NCBI GenBank assembly: GCA_047284725.1
Contig: JBJBEO010000001.1
Coordinates: 160,001-224,000, forward strand
Source: Synechococcus sp.
Lineage (GTDB): Bacteria > Cyanobacteriota > Cyanobacteriia > PCC-6307 > Cyanobiaceae
Direction of reading: 5' to 3'
DNA: 64,000 nt
The translations under genes were made by a program, and so were the position numbers. Positions within the stretch are counted from its first letter, which is position 1; the number at the start of each line of letters is the position of its first letter. Below the pieces are notes generated by a model. The model searched no databases, had not been told where the DNA came from, and saw only the letters and a program-made list of their open reading frames with translations. Positions 42,361-53,627 of the stretch are shown here, in pieces.

Positions 42361-42388
42361 CACAGCGTCAGAGAACGCTGGCGCTGTG
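42361..42388. other. Hairpin between ndhF and ndhD
   Basis: CACAGCGTCAG-AGAACG-CTGGCGCTGTG forms an 11-bp stem with one wobble or mismatch. Confidence 0.55.
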
Positions 42389-42401
42389 GACCTCGAAACG
42401 A

Positions 42402-44414
42402 TCAGGCGACCGGTCCGCCAAGGGCACCGAACAGCACCACCAGAGCGATCACACCTCCGAACACGATCAGGGCGTAGAACTGGGCCCGACCGGTCTCGAA
42501 GTATTTGAGACCCTCTCCGCTGCCCAGGGTGAGCAGGCCAGTGAGGTTCACCACGCCATCCACCACTTTGGCATCCACCTCCAGCACTTCCCGAGCCAGC
42601 TTGCGGCTGCCGCGCACGAACAACTTCTCGTTGATGACGTCGAGATACCACTTGTTGGCGAGGAAGGCATTCACCGCTGGTACACGGGCGGCCACCAATT
42701 CACCGAGATCGATTGCGCGCAGGGCATAGGCGACCACAGCGATGGAGATGCCCGTGACGGAGATGGCCACGGAGGCGCCGGCCAGAGGCAGAAACTCTCC
42801 CCAGCTGAAGTGTTCTGCCATTTCGGCGGCTTCTTCGGGATTGAGGAGACCGGCGAAACGGCTGTTCCAAGGCGTGCCCAGCAGGCCAATCAGCACGGAG
42901 GGAACCGCCAGCACCGCCAGGGGGAACGTCATCGGCCAGGCGGATTCATGCACGCTGCCACCGTGATGGGCATGCTCCTCGTCGAGGCTCTTGCCTGCGG
43001 CTGCCATCAATTGTTGCTGCATCGCAGTGTCGTGACCACGGAACTGACCCTCGAACGTGAGGAAATAAAGGCGGAACATGTAGAAAGCGGTCATGCCCGC
43101 GGTGAGAAAACCAACGGCCCAGAGCAGGGGGTAGGTGTTGAAAGCCTGGCCGAGGATTTCGTCTTTGCTCCAGAAACCGGCCAACGGTGGAATGCCGCTG
43201 ATGGCGACGCAGCCGATGAAGAAGGTGATGGCCGTGATCGGCATTTTTTTGCGGAGGCCTCCCATGAGACGCATGTCTTGCGCCAGCACCGGTTCATGCC
43301 CCACGACGTCTTCCATGGCATGAATCACTGAGCCTGACCCCAGGAACAGCATGGCCTTGAAGAAGGCATGGGTGACGAGATGGAACATCCCGGCAACGGG
43401 AGCACCGCAGCCCATGGCCAGCATCATGTACCCCAACTGCGACACGGTGCTGTAGGCCAGTCCTTTTTTCAGGTCCATCTGGGTGAGGGCAATCGATGCC
43501 CCCAGGAAGCAAGTGATCGTGCCGACCACAGCGATCACCAGTCCCACACTTGGGAACTGGGCGTACAGCGGCTCGAGGCGGGCCACCAGGAACACACCGG
43601 CGGCCACCATCGTGGCGGCGTGAATCAGAGCTGAAATCGGAGTGGGGCCCTCCATGGCATCAGGCAGCCACACGTGCAGAGGGAATTGCGCCGATTTGGC
43701 CATCGGACCCATGAAGACCAGCAGGCAGAGGGCCAGAGCTGCCCATCCGGGGACTCCGCCGCTGCTGATGGCCCGTTGCAGGCCATCGGCAATGCCCTGG
43801 AAATCAAAACTGCCGGTCGCCCAGAACAGACCAAGGATCCCGAGCAGGAGGCCGAAATCTCCCACGCGGTTGACGATGAAGGCTTTCTGGGCCGCGTGAG
43901 CTGCGCCATCGCGGTCATACCAGAAGCCCACAAGCAGGTAGGAGCACATCCCCACCAGCTCCCAGAACACATAGATCTCGAGAAGGTTCGGGCTGATCAC
44001 CAACCCGAGCATCGAACTGCTGAACAGGGCGAGATAGGTGAAGAAGCGCACGTAACTCTTGTCGTGCGCCATATAGCCGTGGGAATAGATCAGCACCAGC
44101 AAGGCGATGGTGGTGACAAGGGCCAGCATCACGGAGCCCAACGGGTCGACGACGTACCCCATCGGCAGGCTGAAACTGCCCGCGCTGGCCCATACGAACA
44201 GATGTTCAACCGGTGGTGATCCGCCGAGCTGCTCAAACAGAATCGCGTAACTGATCACGGCCGCTGCTCCCACGCAGCTCAGCAGGAGCACTGCAACGGG
44301 TTTGCGCAGGCGGTTGATCGTGCGGTTGAAACTGATCAGTCCCATGCCCGTGATCAGTGCTCCGACAAGGGGAAGCACGGGGATCAACCAGGCGTAATCA
44401 GCGGCCGAATGCAT
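42402..44414 (-). CDS. ndhF: NDH-1 subunit F (NdhF1/NuoL)
   Basis: YAWLIPVLP, NRVGDFG, KSAQFPLHVWLPDAMEGPTP and AYSTVSQLG motifs. Confidence 0.97.
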   Translation of the reverse strand: MHSAADYAWLIPVLPLVGALITGMGLISFNRTINRLRKPVAVLLLSCVGAAAVISYAILFEQLGGSPPVEHLFVWASAGSFSLPMGYVVDPLGSVMLALVTTIALLVLIYSHGYMAHDKSYVRFFTYLALFSSSMLGLVISPNLLEIYVFWELVGMCSYLLVGFWYDRDGAAHAAQKAFIVNRVGDFGLLLGILGLFWATGSFDFQGIADGLQRAISSGGVPGWAALALCLLVFMGPMAKSAQFPLHVWLPDAMEGPTPISALIHAATMVAAGVFLVARLEPLYAQFPSVGLVIAVVGTITCFLGASIALTQMDLKKGLAYSTVSQLGYMMLAMGCGAPVAGMFHLVTHAFFKAMLFLGSGSVIHAMEDVVGHEPVLAQDMRLMGGLRKKMPITAITFFIGCVAISGIPPLAGFWSKDEILGQAFNTYPLLWAVGFLTAGMTAFYMFRLYFLTFEGQFRGHDTAMQQQLMAAAGKSLDEEHAHHGGSVHESAWPMTFPLAVLAVPSVLIGLLGTPWNSRFAGLLNPEEAAEMAEHFSWGEFLPLAGASVAISVTGISIAVVAYALRAIDLGELVAARVPAVNAFLANKWYLDVINEKLFVRGSRKLAREVLEVDAKVVDGVVNLTGLLTLGSGEGLKYFETGRAQFYALIVFGGVIALVVLFGALGGPVA

Positions 44415-44449
44415 TCGGGCGAGGCAGGCTTCCGATGAGTGTAGGCAGC

Positions 44450-45196
44450 TCAGCCCAGCAGGCTTTCCAGTTGTGAGTGAAGAAACGCGGTGGTGCCGAT
44501 CGGGATGAAGCGGTGCGCCCACCAAAACACGGCTACCGCAATGGCAATACCGAGCTGCGCCGGCCGTAGAAATTCCTGCCAGGCCAGGTGTTGGCGTCCA
44601 TCCAGGACCGCGCGGAACGGCAGCACTGAGGTTGATGACCGCAGGTCTTCAAAGGCCTCTCCGAAGCGCGCTTGAAGACGTCGGTCGCCATGCCAGACCG
44701 CAAACAGGTGATGGCCGATCAGGCCCACGCAGGTCACCAGCATGAAGCTGCTGCCGATCCAGAGGGCATGGCTGACGCACCAGAGGATCTGTCCGATGGC
44801 CTGGGGGTGACGACTGATGCGGATGATGCCTGTGGCGTAGAGGCGCACCTCGGGCTTGAGCACCGCCGGGATCTCCAGAAGGTTGTAGGTGGCGGGATAG
44901 AGAAACAGAAAGCTGATCGCCGTCAGAACCCAGATCAAGGGAATGATCCCTGGCACGCCCTGCAGGTTCCAGAGTCTGATGCCGTCATAGCGATGGGCGA
45001 GGAAGTAGCCGATCACCACCACGGCAGAGGGGATGCTGGCCGCAGCGAACAACAGGCGCCAGGCCCTGGCGCCGATCCGCGCCTCGGCATGGGTCCGCAG
45101 GGCGGCACCACCGCTGTGAATCACGGCGAACAGCACCAGCAAGAGCAGCATCACCAGGCTGGTGTGATGCAGAGTGCCAGGTAGGGCGTCGGTCAC
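44450..45196 (-). CDS. NnrU family protein, probable 15-cis-zeta-carotene isomerase (Z-ISO)
   Basis: FAVIHSGGA, HRYDG, PATYNLLE, GIIRISRHPQ and HGDRRL motifs; lies near crtP/crtB. Confidence 0.8.
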   Translation of the reverse strand: MTDALPGTLHHTSLVMLLLLVLFAVIHSGGAALRTHAEARIGARAWRLLFAAASIPSAVVVIGYFLAHRYDGIRLWNLQGVPGIIPLIWVLTAISFLFLYPATYNLLEIPAVLKPEVRLYATGIIRISRHPQAIGQILWCVSHALWIGSSFMLVTCVGLIGHHLFAVWHGDRRLQARFGEAFEDLRSSTSVLPFRAVLDGRQHLAWQEFLRPAQLGIAIAVAVFWWAHRFIPIGTTAFLHSQLESLLG

Positions 45197-45323
45197 AGGC
45201 TGCAGGCTGAGCAAGTGCGTCGATTCTGAAAGGTGGAGGATCCTCCTCGGGGCTGAGTGATCTCTCCTCAGCGATCCCACCTAAGGTTTTGAGGTTCGTC
45301 CCTGTCCGGGTGGGCAGGCCCCC

Positions 45324-46340
45324 ATGGCTGATCTGCCCTTCACCCTGGATCAACTGCGCATCCTCCGGGCCATCGTCAGCGAGGGCAGCTTCAAAAAGGC
45401 TGCCGACAGCCTTTTCGTGACTCAGCCTGCCGTGAGTCTGCAGATCCAGAACCTCGAGAAGCAGCTGGAGGTGTCCCTCTTTGATCGTGGCGGACGCAAG
45501 GCCCAGCTCACCGAGGCAGGGCATCTCCTTCTGGGTTATTGCGACAGGATTCTCAGTCAGTGCCATGAGGCCTGCAGGGCTCTCGACGATCTTCACAACC
45601 TCAAAGGAGGATCGCTGGTGGTGGGTGCAAGCCAGACCACGGGCACCTACCTGATGCCGCGCATGATCGGCCTGTTCCGCCAGAAATATCCCGATGTGGC
45701 TGTGCAGTTGCATGTGCACAGCACCCGACGTACGGGTTGGAGTGTGGCCAATGGTCAGATCGATCTGGCGATCATCGGCGGCGAACTGCCTCCGGAGCTG
45801 AATGAACTGCTGCAGGTGGTTCCCTATGCCAGCGATGAACTGGCGTTGGTGTTGCCGGTGAAGCATCCGCTCGCCCGGCTGATGGAGCTCAGCAAAGACG
45901 ATCTCTACCGTCTTGGCTTCGTCTGCCTCGACTCCCAGTCGACCACCCGCAAGATGGTTGACCAACTGCTGGTTCGTTCCGGGCTCGACGTGCAGCGGCT
46001 GCGCATCGAGATGGAGCTCAATTCCCTGGAAGCCATCAAGAACGCGGTGCAGGCTGGTCTGGGAGCCTCCTTTCTGCCGGTGGTGTCAATTGAGCGGGAA
46101 CTCAATGCCGGCACCCTGCACAAACCGTCGGTGGTTGACCTGCAGGTGCGCCGCCAGCTGAAGTTGATCAGCCATCCGGCGCGTTACTGCTCCAGGGCCT
46201 CCGACGCGTTTCGTCGCGATGTGCTGCCCCTCTTCGCCAGTGCGGACAGCCCTCTTCGTCAGCGAGCCCCTCAGCTTCAGGGACACTCCCAGGTGGAGGG
46301 ATCCTCGGCTGAAGAAGCGGCCAATGCGGCTCAGAACTGA
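45324..46340 (+). CDS. rbcR: LysR-type regulator RbcR/Ycf30
   Basis: [14 protein letters not shown]...[17 protein letters not shown] and [13 protein letters not shown] motifs. Confidence 0.9.
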   Translation: MADLPFTLDQLRILRAIVSEGSFKKAADSLFVTQPAVSLQIQNLEKQLEVSLFDRGGRKAQLTEAGHLLLGYCDRILSQCHEACRALDDLHNLKGGSLVVGASQTTGTYLMPRMIGLFRQKYPDVAVQLHVHSTRRTGWSVANGQIDLAIIGGELPPELNELLQVVPYASDELALVLPVKHPLARLMELSKDDLYRLGFVCLDSQSTTRKMVDQLLVRSGLDVQRLRIEMELNSLEAIKNAVQAGLGASFLPVVSIERELNAGTLHKPSVVDLQVRRQLKLISHPARYCSRASDAFRRDVLPLFASADSPLRQRAPQLQGHSQVEGSSAEEAANAAQN

Positions 46341-46939
46341 TCCGCTTCCGGGGTGATGCCCACGGAATCATCCGCAACGCCCTTGGTGATGAATTTGTTC
46401 TCACGGCTATCGGTCTGATAGACACAGCGAACAATGGGCTTATCCCGGATCGAACCGATGTAGGCGAAGGTGTTCATCCGTTGCTTGCATTCTCGCTCCT
46501 GGGCCGGTGTGACAGCACCTTCCTTGCGCAAGACAGCCCAGTTCTCCCGCCGGATCACGCAGCCTGCCTGAAGCAGCGGCTGGGTCACGAAGCTGCTGAC
46601 CGGGTTCATGGTCGTGTACATCTCCACGTCCATCACGTAGGCACTGGCTCCCCATTGCCGGCAGAATTCCGGATCGGGGACGGCCATATCCAGCTGCTGG
46701 CTGCTGGCGATGTTGCCTTGATCGCCCTGGGTGGTGCTTGTCACGGCACTGCCGATGCCGATCCCCACGACGAGCACACCTGCCAACACGGCTGCGGTGG
46801 CCGTGTTGAATTTCATGCCGCCAGTGTTGCCTCCAGGCGGCCCCCCGGGAGGTGGCCCGGATGGTCTTGGCCGCCCTTGACGCGGACGGCCGTAGTCATC
46901 ATTGCTGTACCGGGGGCGGCCGTAGGGGGAGCGACTCAC
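46331..46939 (-). CDS. DUF3172 family protein
   Basis: Low-complexity N-terminus, a TM segment, then [17 protein letters not shown] and [12 protein letters not shown] overlap with the ndhM stop. Confidence 0.8.
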   Translation of the reverse strand: MSRSPYGRPRYSNDDYGRPRQGRPRPSGPPPGGPPGGNTGGMKFNTATAAVLAGVLVVGIGIGSAVTSTTQGDQGNIASSQQLDMAVPDPEFCRQWGASAYVMDVEMYTTMNPVSSFVTQPLLQAGCVIRRENWAVLRKEGAVTPAQERECKQRMNTFAYIGSIRDKPIVRCVYQTDSRENKFITKGVADDSVGITPEADQF

Positions 46940-47283
46940 AGCAGTTCTGGAGAGCGGGGCAGGCCCATCGAATAATTCAAGACCCGGCAATCGGGGTTGT
47001 AGCTCAGTTCACCCTTCTGAAGCAGTTGGCGGATGCATCCCTCCAGCTCCGAACCGATCTTGCGCAGGTTGTAATCGCTGAGCTCGGCGCCGTCGTGCTG
47101 GTCGACGAGCTCTTTGAACCGCTCCTGAACCCGTGAGATCGCACGGTCAGTCCAGATGAACTCGTTGTCGGGATCGAGATCGAGGGTGAGCTGCCCAGGA
47201 TCCTGCACAAGGTTGTTGTCCTCCACCCTCGCCGTGAACAGGCGCACATGGCGGGTCGTGCACTTGAGCAGGGTCTCGGCCAT
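46936..47283 (-). CDS. ndhM: NDH-1 subunit M
   Basis: [14 protein letters not shown]...LDLDPDNEF...YNLRKIGS...NYSMGLP. Confidence 0.95.
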   Translation of the reverse strand: MAETLLKCTTRHVRLFTARVEDNNLVQDPGQLTLDLDPDNEFIWTDRAISRVQERFKELVDQHDGAELSDYNLRKIGSELEGCIRQLLQKGELSYNPDCRVLNYSMGLPRSPELL

Positions 47284-47334
47284 GGCAGCGATAGGTCCTC
47301 ACAGGGACCGGAACGGCAATGTGCCCGACTTTAG

Positions 47335-48807
<1,473 letters not shown>

Positions 48808-48810
48808 GTT

Positions 48811-49719
48811 ATGCCCCTCGCCGCCTCCGATCTCGACGCTGCCTACGAAAGCTGTCGGCAAGAGACCGCGACCTGGGCCAAGACCTTTTACCTCGGCACC
48901 CTGCTTCTGCCGCCTGATAAGCGTCGTGCGATCTGGGCGATTTACGTCTGGTGTCGGCGTACTGACGAATTGATGGATAGCGAAGAGGCGCAGGCGCGCC
49001 CCTTGGAGGAGTTGGCACTCCGCCTGGATCGATGGGAGGAGAAGACCCGTGCCTTGTTCAACGGGGTTGTGGAGGACGATCTCGATGCAGTGATGGTAGA
49101 TACCCTTGAGCGGTTCCCCCAGGGCATTCAGCCCTATCTCGACATGATCGAGGGGCAGCGGATGGATCTCACCTGGACCCGCTATCCCACCTTCGAAGAT
49201 CTCAAGCTCTACTGCTACCGGGTGGCAGGCACCGTCGGGCTGATGACCCAGGGTGTGATGGGCGTTGATCGTGCCTACACCACAGCCCCGTGGAGTGACT
49301 GCCCGGACACGTCCGACGCTGCTGTGGCATTGGGAATCGCCAATCAGCTCACCAATATTCTTCGCGATGTTGGCGAAGACCGTGGGCGCGGACGTATTTA
49401 TCTGCCTCAGGAAGATCTGCAACGGTTTGGCTACAGCGAGGACGATCTCCTTGCTGGCCGCTTGAACGAGGCCTGGCGCCAGCTCATGGCGTTTCAGCTC
49501 GAGCGCGCACGGGATTGGTTCGCGCGATCCGAGGCGGGCGTCCGTTGGCTCTCGGCGGATGCTCGCTGGCCGGTGTGGACCTCGTTACGCCTGTATCGCG
49601 GCATTCTGGATGCGATTGAGCAGCTTGATTACGACGTGTTCCAGCATCGCGCCTATGTGGGGCGTTTAGGAAAGATGCTGGAGCTTCCTCGCTCGTATGT
49701 GATTGCTCAGACCCGCTGA
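48811..49719 (+). CDS. crtB: Phytoene synthase
   Basis: AKTFYLGT, CRRTDELMD, YCYRVAGTVG and QLTNILRDVGED motifs. Confidence 0.97.
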   Translation: MPLAASDLDAAYESCRQETATWAKTFYLGTLLLPPDKRRAIWAIYVWCRRTDELMDSEEAQARPLEELALRLDRWEEKTRALFNGVVEDDLDAVMVDTLERFPQGIQPYLDMIEGQRMDLTWTRYPTFEDLKLYCYRVAGTVGLMTQGVMGVDRAYTTAPWSDCPDTSDAAVALGIANQLTNILRDVGEDRGRGRIYLPQEDLQRFGYSEDDLLAGRLNEAWRQLMAFQLERARDWFARSEAGVRWLSADARWPVWTSLRLYRGILDAIEQLDYDVFQHRAYVGRLGKMLELPRSYVIAQTR

Positions 49720-49724
49720 GCATG

Positions 49725-49749
49725 AAAAAGCCCGGACTTGAAACCGGGC
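49725..49749 (-). terminator. Rho-independent terminator of the RRM gene
   Basis: Minus strand reads GCCCGG-TTTCAAGT-CCGGGC-TTTTT, between the convergent crtB and RRM genes. Confidence 0.7.
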
Positions 49750-49790
49750 CTGCGTTCAATCGGACGATCTGACTCGACGATGGCTCAGAT

Positions 49791-50222
49791 TCAGACCGCG
49801 GTTTTCTGGTTGGCCAGGAGATCTTTGAGCTTGCTCAGCTCGCCTGCCCAGCGGGGATCGGGAGCTTCTTCTGCCTTGGCGTCGCTATGAACCACCTTGT
49901 TGACGGCCTTACGGGCTGAACAGGGAGCATGGGAGGCACCGGGACCGCGGCGCGCACCACCACCGGCGTTGTTGTCGCGACGCTCGGAACGCTCCACCCG
50001 CAGGGAGTTGCCACCAAACTCTTTGCCGTTGAGTTGCTCAATCACGGCATCAGCGACTTTCTCGTCGTTGACGTTGGCGAAACCGAAACCGCGGCAGCTG
50101 CCTGTTTCGCGATCCAACACAGCTTTGAAACGGATCCCTTCCCCGATGCCGGCGAGCTGAGCTTCAAGCTCTTTGGAATCAAAATTTTGCGGCAGATTGC
50201 CGACGTAAAGGCGGACGCTCAT
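49791..50222 (-). CDS. RRM RNA-binding protein (Rbp3-like)
   Basis: RNP2 (LYVGNL) and RNP1 (RGFGFA); C-terminal PDPRWAGEL.KLK. Confidence 0.9.
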   Translation of the reverse strand: MSVRLYVGNLPQNFDSKELEAQLAGIGEGIRFKAVLDRETGSCRGFGFANVNDEKVADAVIEQLNGKEFGGNSLRVERSERRDNNAGGGARRGPGASHAPCSARKAVNKVVHSDAKAEEAPDPRWAGELSKLKDLLANQKTAV

Positions 50223-50313
50223 GGAAAGGGGGGAAGAAATACGGCGTGTTCGATCGGTGTCGACACTGCTAGGGCAGTTAACCACAGCGTGGTCATGCGC
50301 TGGATCAACCGGA

Positions 50314-51555
50314 TCAGCTGTTGCTGTGCGTTTGCCACCAGCTCCGGGCCTCTGCGAGGGCCGCCTCCTGTCCGTCGATGCGGCCGAACGCATGCTCCAC
50401 GGCCAGGTGCTTGATCAGCAGCCCGAGGGTGGGCCCAGGCGGTATGGCCAGTTTCTGCTGAAGGATGGAGCCGTTGATCGGTGGCCGGGGGTGAAACAGA
50501 GGATCGTGGGCGTCGCGCCAGCGTTCCAGCCAGATTGCTTGATCGTCTTGAGGCAACTGAACAATCAAAGCGGGGAGGTCTGAGCCGAGGTCGGTGTGCA
50601 TCCGGAGTCGTTCCTCCTCAGGCAGCGCGGCATAGGCCTGGCCATCATCCCGCTGCTGCCAGACGCGCAGGCGCTTGCAACGTTGGATTTGCCTGCGACT
50701 GAAGCGCAACTGCTGCAGCCCCTCATCGCTGAGCAGGGCTGTGAGCCTCAGCAGGGGAAGGGCCTGCTCACGCTCGTTGTCACGCAGCCGTGCGGTGTCC
50801 AGCTTGCTGCTCAGCGCCCGATCTGTTCCATCCACGGTTGCGGCTGGAGCCCAAGGCTGGTTCAGGCCGCTGGCGAGGAGCTGGGGGAGTGCCCGATCCG
50901 CCCAGCGAGCACGCACCAGTTTGCTGAGTTCGGCCTGGATCCGTTCCGGTGCTGCTTTGGGGAGAAGGTGGCGATGGCGAGCCAGTAAGGGCAAGGTGGA
51001 GCCGGCAACGGCAAAGCCGAGCTCCGCCGCCAGACGCAGGCCCCGCAGCAACCTCAGGGGATCATCGATCAGGTTCTTTTCGGCCACAGCCGTGAGCAGC
51101 CCAGCTCTGAGATCGCTGATGCCACCGGTGGGGTCCACCAGGCATGGTGTGGGGGCAAGCTCCAGGGCGATGGCGTTGATGCGGTAGTCCCGTCGCTGCA
51201 GGTCCGCGTGGAGGCTCCCTCCGTCGCGCCGGGCCAGGTCAATGGTCCAGCCCTTCACCACCAGGCGTGCCATATCGCGGGCTTCATCCAGCACGACACA
51301 GGCGCCTCCATGGCGTTGGGCCAGTGTTCGCGTCTGGCCGAGGGCGTTGTCGGGCACCACCAGATCCAGATCCGGCGTGGCGCTCAGGCGGTTGAGGAGT
51401 GCATCGCGCACGGCGCCTCCCACGAGCGCGCTGCCGGCGGGGAACGCCTCCAGCGGCACCGGCCAGTGCTCTGGCGCCAGACGTTTCAGCAGAAGACTCG
51501 CCTGAACAGACGGTTCAGCCTCCAGAATGGAACCCTCAGCGGCGGGAGGAGGCAT
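50314..51555 (-). CDS. cca: Class II tRNA nucleotidyltransferase, probable CC-adding type
   Basis: LVGGAVRDALL, DLDL, RRDYRINAIA, DDPLRLLR and ERI motifs; short loop before the RRD motif. Start uncertain. Confidence 0.85.
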   Translation of the reverse strand: MPPPAAEGSILEAEPSVQASLLLKRLAPEHWPVPLEAFPAGSALVGGAVRDALLNRLSATPDLDLVVPDNALGQTRTLAQRHGGACVVLDEARDMARLVVKGWTIDLARRDGGSLHADLQRRDYRINAIALELAPTPCLVDPTGGISDLRAGLLTAVAEKNLIDDPLRLLRGLRLAAELGFAVAGSTLPLLARHRHLLPKAAPERIQAELSKLVRARWADRALPQLLASGLNQPWAPAATVDGTDRALSSKLDTARLRDNEREQALPLLRLTALLSDEGLQQLRFSRRQIQRCKRLRVWQQRDDGQAYAALPEEERLRMHTDLGSDLPALIVQLPQDDQAIWLERWRDAHDPLFHPRPPINGSILQQKLAIPPGPTLGLLIKHLAVEHAFGRIDGQEAALAEARSWWQTHSNS

Positions 51556-51805
51556 GTGCATCTGTGTGGATTGCCGCTGGGTGGATCGCTGTCAGGCCTA
51601 TCACGCTGTGGAACGACAGCATGGCGCTGTCCACCTCTGTCAAGCTCCCGATCTGGTGCCTGATCAGCCCCGCATTCATATCAGTGTGCTCGACCTCCCC
51701 GGCGGTGGCGCCGGTGTGGAGTGGGATGTACGTGGCTGCGGCAGCTTTGAGGCCGAGCCCGGGCGATGGCAACGGCTGCGCCCGGGCGTGGAGTTGCCGC
51801 GATGA
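51554..51805 (+). CDS. ycf34: Ycf34 family Cys-rich protein
   Basis: MCICVDCRWVDRCQAYHAVERQH...EWDVRGC; GGAGG upstream. Confidence 0.9.
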   Translation: MCICVDCRWVDRCQAYHAVERQHGAVHLCQAPDLVPDQPRIHISVLDLPGGGAGVEWDVRGCGSFEAEPGRWQRLRPGVELPR

Positions 51806-52422
51806 CGGGTTGGCTCCTGGCACTCCACAGCTCCACCCCAGTGCTTGGGGTGGCAGTGCTTCATCTTGAGGATCCTGAGGGAACCCGTTGTGTGCTGACC
51901 AGGCCGGCTGGGCGGGAACTCACCAATGGGTTGCTCGGAGCTGTGGAGGAGCTGCTCCCGGCCCAGCACTGGCACAAAATCTCTCGCTTGGCGGTGGCAA
52001 CGGGGCCTGGCGGTTTCACCGGTACCCGTTTGACGGTGGTGATGGCTCGCACCCTGGCGCAGCAGTTGCAGTGCCCCCTGGATGGGGTGAGCAGTTTCGC
52101 TCTGATGGCGCCGCGACTGGCTCGGGATGCTGACCTTGCCTCAACGGCGGATCCGTTCTGGATCGTTCAGACCCTGCCACGCCGCGGCAGGGTCGCCGGC
52201 GCGTACCGCTTAGGCCCCCATGGCGAGGTTGAGGAGATGGAAACGCCCCATCTGTTGGCGGAGGACGCCCAGCCATCGCCGGCGCTTTCGATGGAGGAGA
52301 ACGTTGACGCTGACGTCAGCAAGCTTCTGGATCTGTGCTTCGAGGCGCACCGGACAGGGGTGTCTGCCCCCTGGAATGGAGTGCTGCCCCACTACCCCAC
52401 GTCGCCAGTGGGGGTTGTCTAG
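51802..52422 (+). CDS. tsaB: t6A biosynthesis protein TsaB
   Basis: LALHSS and VATGPGGFTGTR motifs; ATGA overlap with ycf34. Confidence 0.9.
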   Translation: MTGWLLALHSSTPVLGVAVLHLEDPEGTRCVLTRPAGRELTNGLLGAVEELLPAQHWHKISRLAVATGPGGFTGTRLTVVMARTLAQQLQCPLDGVSSFALMAPRLARDADLASTADPFWIVQTLPRRGRVAGAYRLGPHGEVEEMETPHLLAEDAQPSPALSMEENVDADVSKLLDLCFEAHRTGVSAPWNGVLPHYPTSPVGVV

Positions 52423-52427
52423 GCGCG

Positions 52428-53009
52428 ATGGCACGTCGCTGGATCTGGTTTGGTTTGGCGGCTGGGCTGGGAGTGCTGTGTGCGGGGCCGCTGCAGCCTT
52501 ATGGCCAGGCGTTGTTCACCCAGCAGACCCCCCAGAGGATTCTTGTGCTGGGTGGGGATGTGGATCGGGAGCGGGTGGGTCTCAAACTGGCGCGGCGGAT
52601 GCAGTTGCCGCTGGTGGTGAGCGGTGGCAGCAACCCTGAATACGCCCATTGGTTGATGGAAGAGGAGGGCCTGCGGGCAGGGCAGGTGGTGCTCGACTAT
52701 CGAGCTGCAGACACCCTGGGAAATTTCACCTCCCTGGTCGACGATCTCCAGCGTGAGGGCATCCGTCATGTGCTATTGGTGACCAGTGAAGATCACCTGC
52801 CAAGGGCGATGACAGTGGGAGGTGTGGTGGCGGGCAGCCGTGGCATCCGTCTCTCGGGTGTCCCAGTGGCGTGTGCCAGTCCCTGCGGCCCAGAAAGCCC
52901 CGGCAAGCAGTGGGGTGATGGCCTCCGAGCGCTGGCCTGGGTGTTGACGGGCCGAGATCTGAAGCCCTGGGCCAGGGCTCAGCTGGGCCGACTGCTCAGT
53001 AGCCCCTGA
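52428..53009 (+). CDS. YdcF/DUF218 family protein
   Basis: ILVLGG, VSGG, DTLGN and LVTSEDHLPRA motifs. Confidence 0.85.
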   Translation: MARRWIWFGLAAGLGVLCAGPLQPYGQALFTQQTPQRILVLGGDVDRERVGLKLARRMQLPLVVSGGSNPEYAHWLMEEEGLRAGQVVLDYRAADTLGNFTSLVDDLQREGIRHVLLVTSEDHLPRAMTVGGVVAGSRGIRLSGVPVACASPCGPESPGKQWGDGLRALAWVLTGRDLKPWARAQLGRLLSSP

Positions 53010-53626
53010 TCGAGCAGGGCGTTGATCCGCCGTTGCAGTTCCAGGGTGGTGGCCTCCAGGTCGGGCTTGCGGCGACTGGCCGGGGGTGGCACCGGTTCGC
53101 CGATGCGCAGCTGGATGGGCACCAGCCTGGGCAGGGACTGGCCGGTGCCCAAGGCGCGGTGGCTGTTGATGATGGCGACCGGAAGCAGGGGTGAACCACT
53201 GCGAGCAGCCAAGAGGGCAGCGCCTGGCATCGGTTGATTGATGCGGCCATCGGCTTGTCGGGTGCCGTCGAGAAACACGCCTGTGGCCCAGCCTTCACTG
53301 AGGCGGGCCGTTGCGGTGCGGATCGCTTCCCGGTCGCTCGAACCCCGCTTGACCGGATAGGCCGCCAGGGCACGGATCAACGGTCCGAGCAGGGGGACCC
53401 GGAAGAGTTCCTCTTTGGCCATGAAAGCCACGGGTCTTCCCAGGGCATGGCCCAGGAGTGGCGGGTCGAGATGGGAGCCATGGTTCGCCACCACCACGAG
53501 GGGGCCTTCAGTCGGCACGTTGTGCCGACCGCTGACGCGTCCGCGGAAGAGGATGCGGAACAGAGGAAAGACCAAGAGCCTGCTCACCATCCGGTAGGTG
53601 AGGCTCGGGCGTGGAGGATGGGTCAC
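52979..53626 (-). CDS. plsC: 1-acyl-sn-glycerol-3-phosphate acyltransferase
   Basis: NHGSHLDP, FMAKEEL and FLDGTR motifs. Confidence 0.92.
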   Translation of the reverse strand: MTHPPRPSLTYRMVSRLLVFPLFRILFRGRVSGRHNVPTEGPLVVVANHGSHLDPPLLGHALGRPVAFMAKEELFRVPLLGPLIRALAAYPVKRGSSDREAIRTATARLSEGWATGVFLDGTRQADGRINQPMPGAALLAARSGSPLLPVAIINSHRALGTGQSLPRLVPIQLRIGEPVPPPASRRKPDLEATTLELQRRINALLDQGLLSSRPS

Positions 53627-53627
53627 C

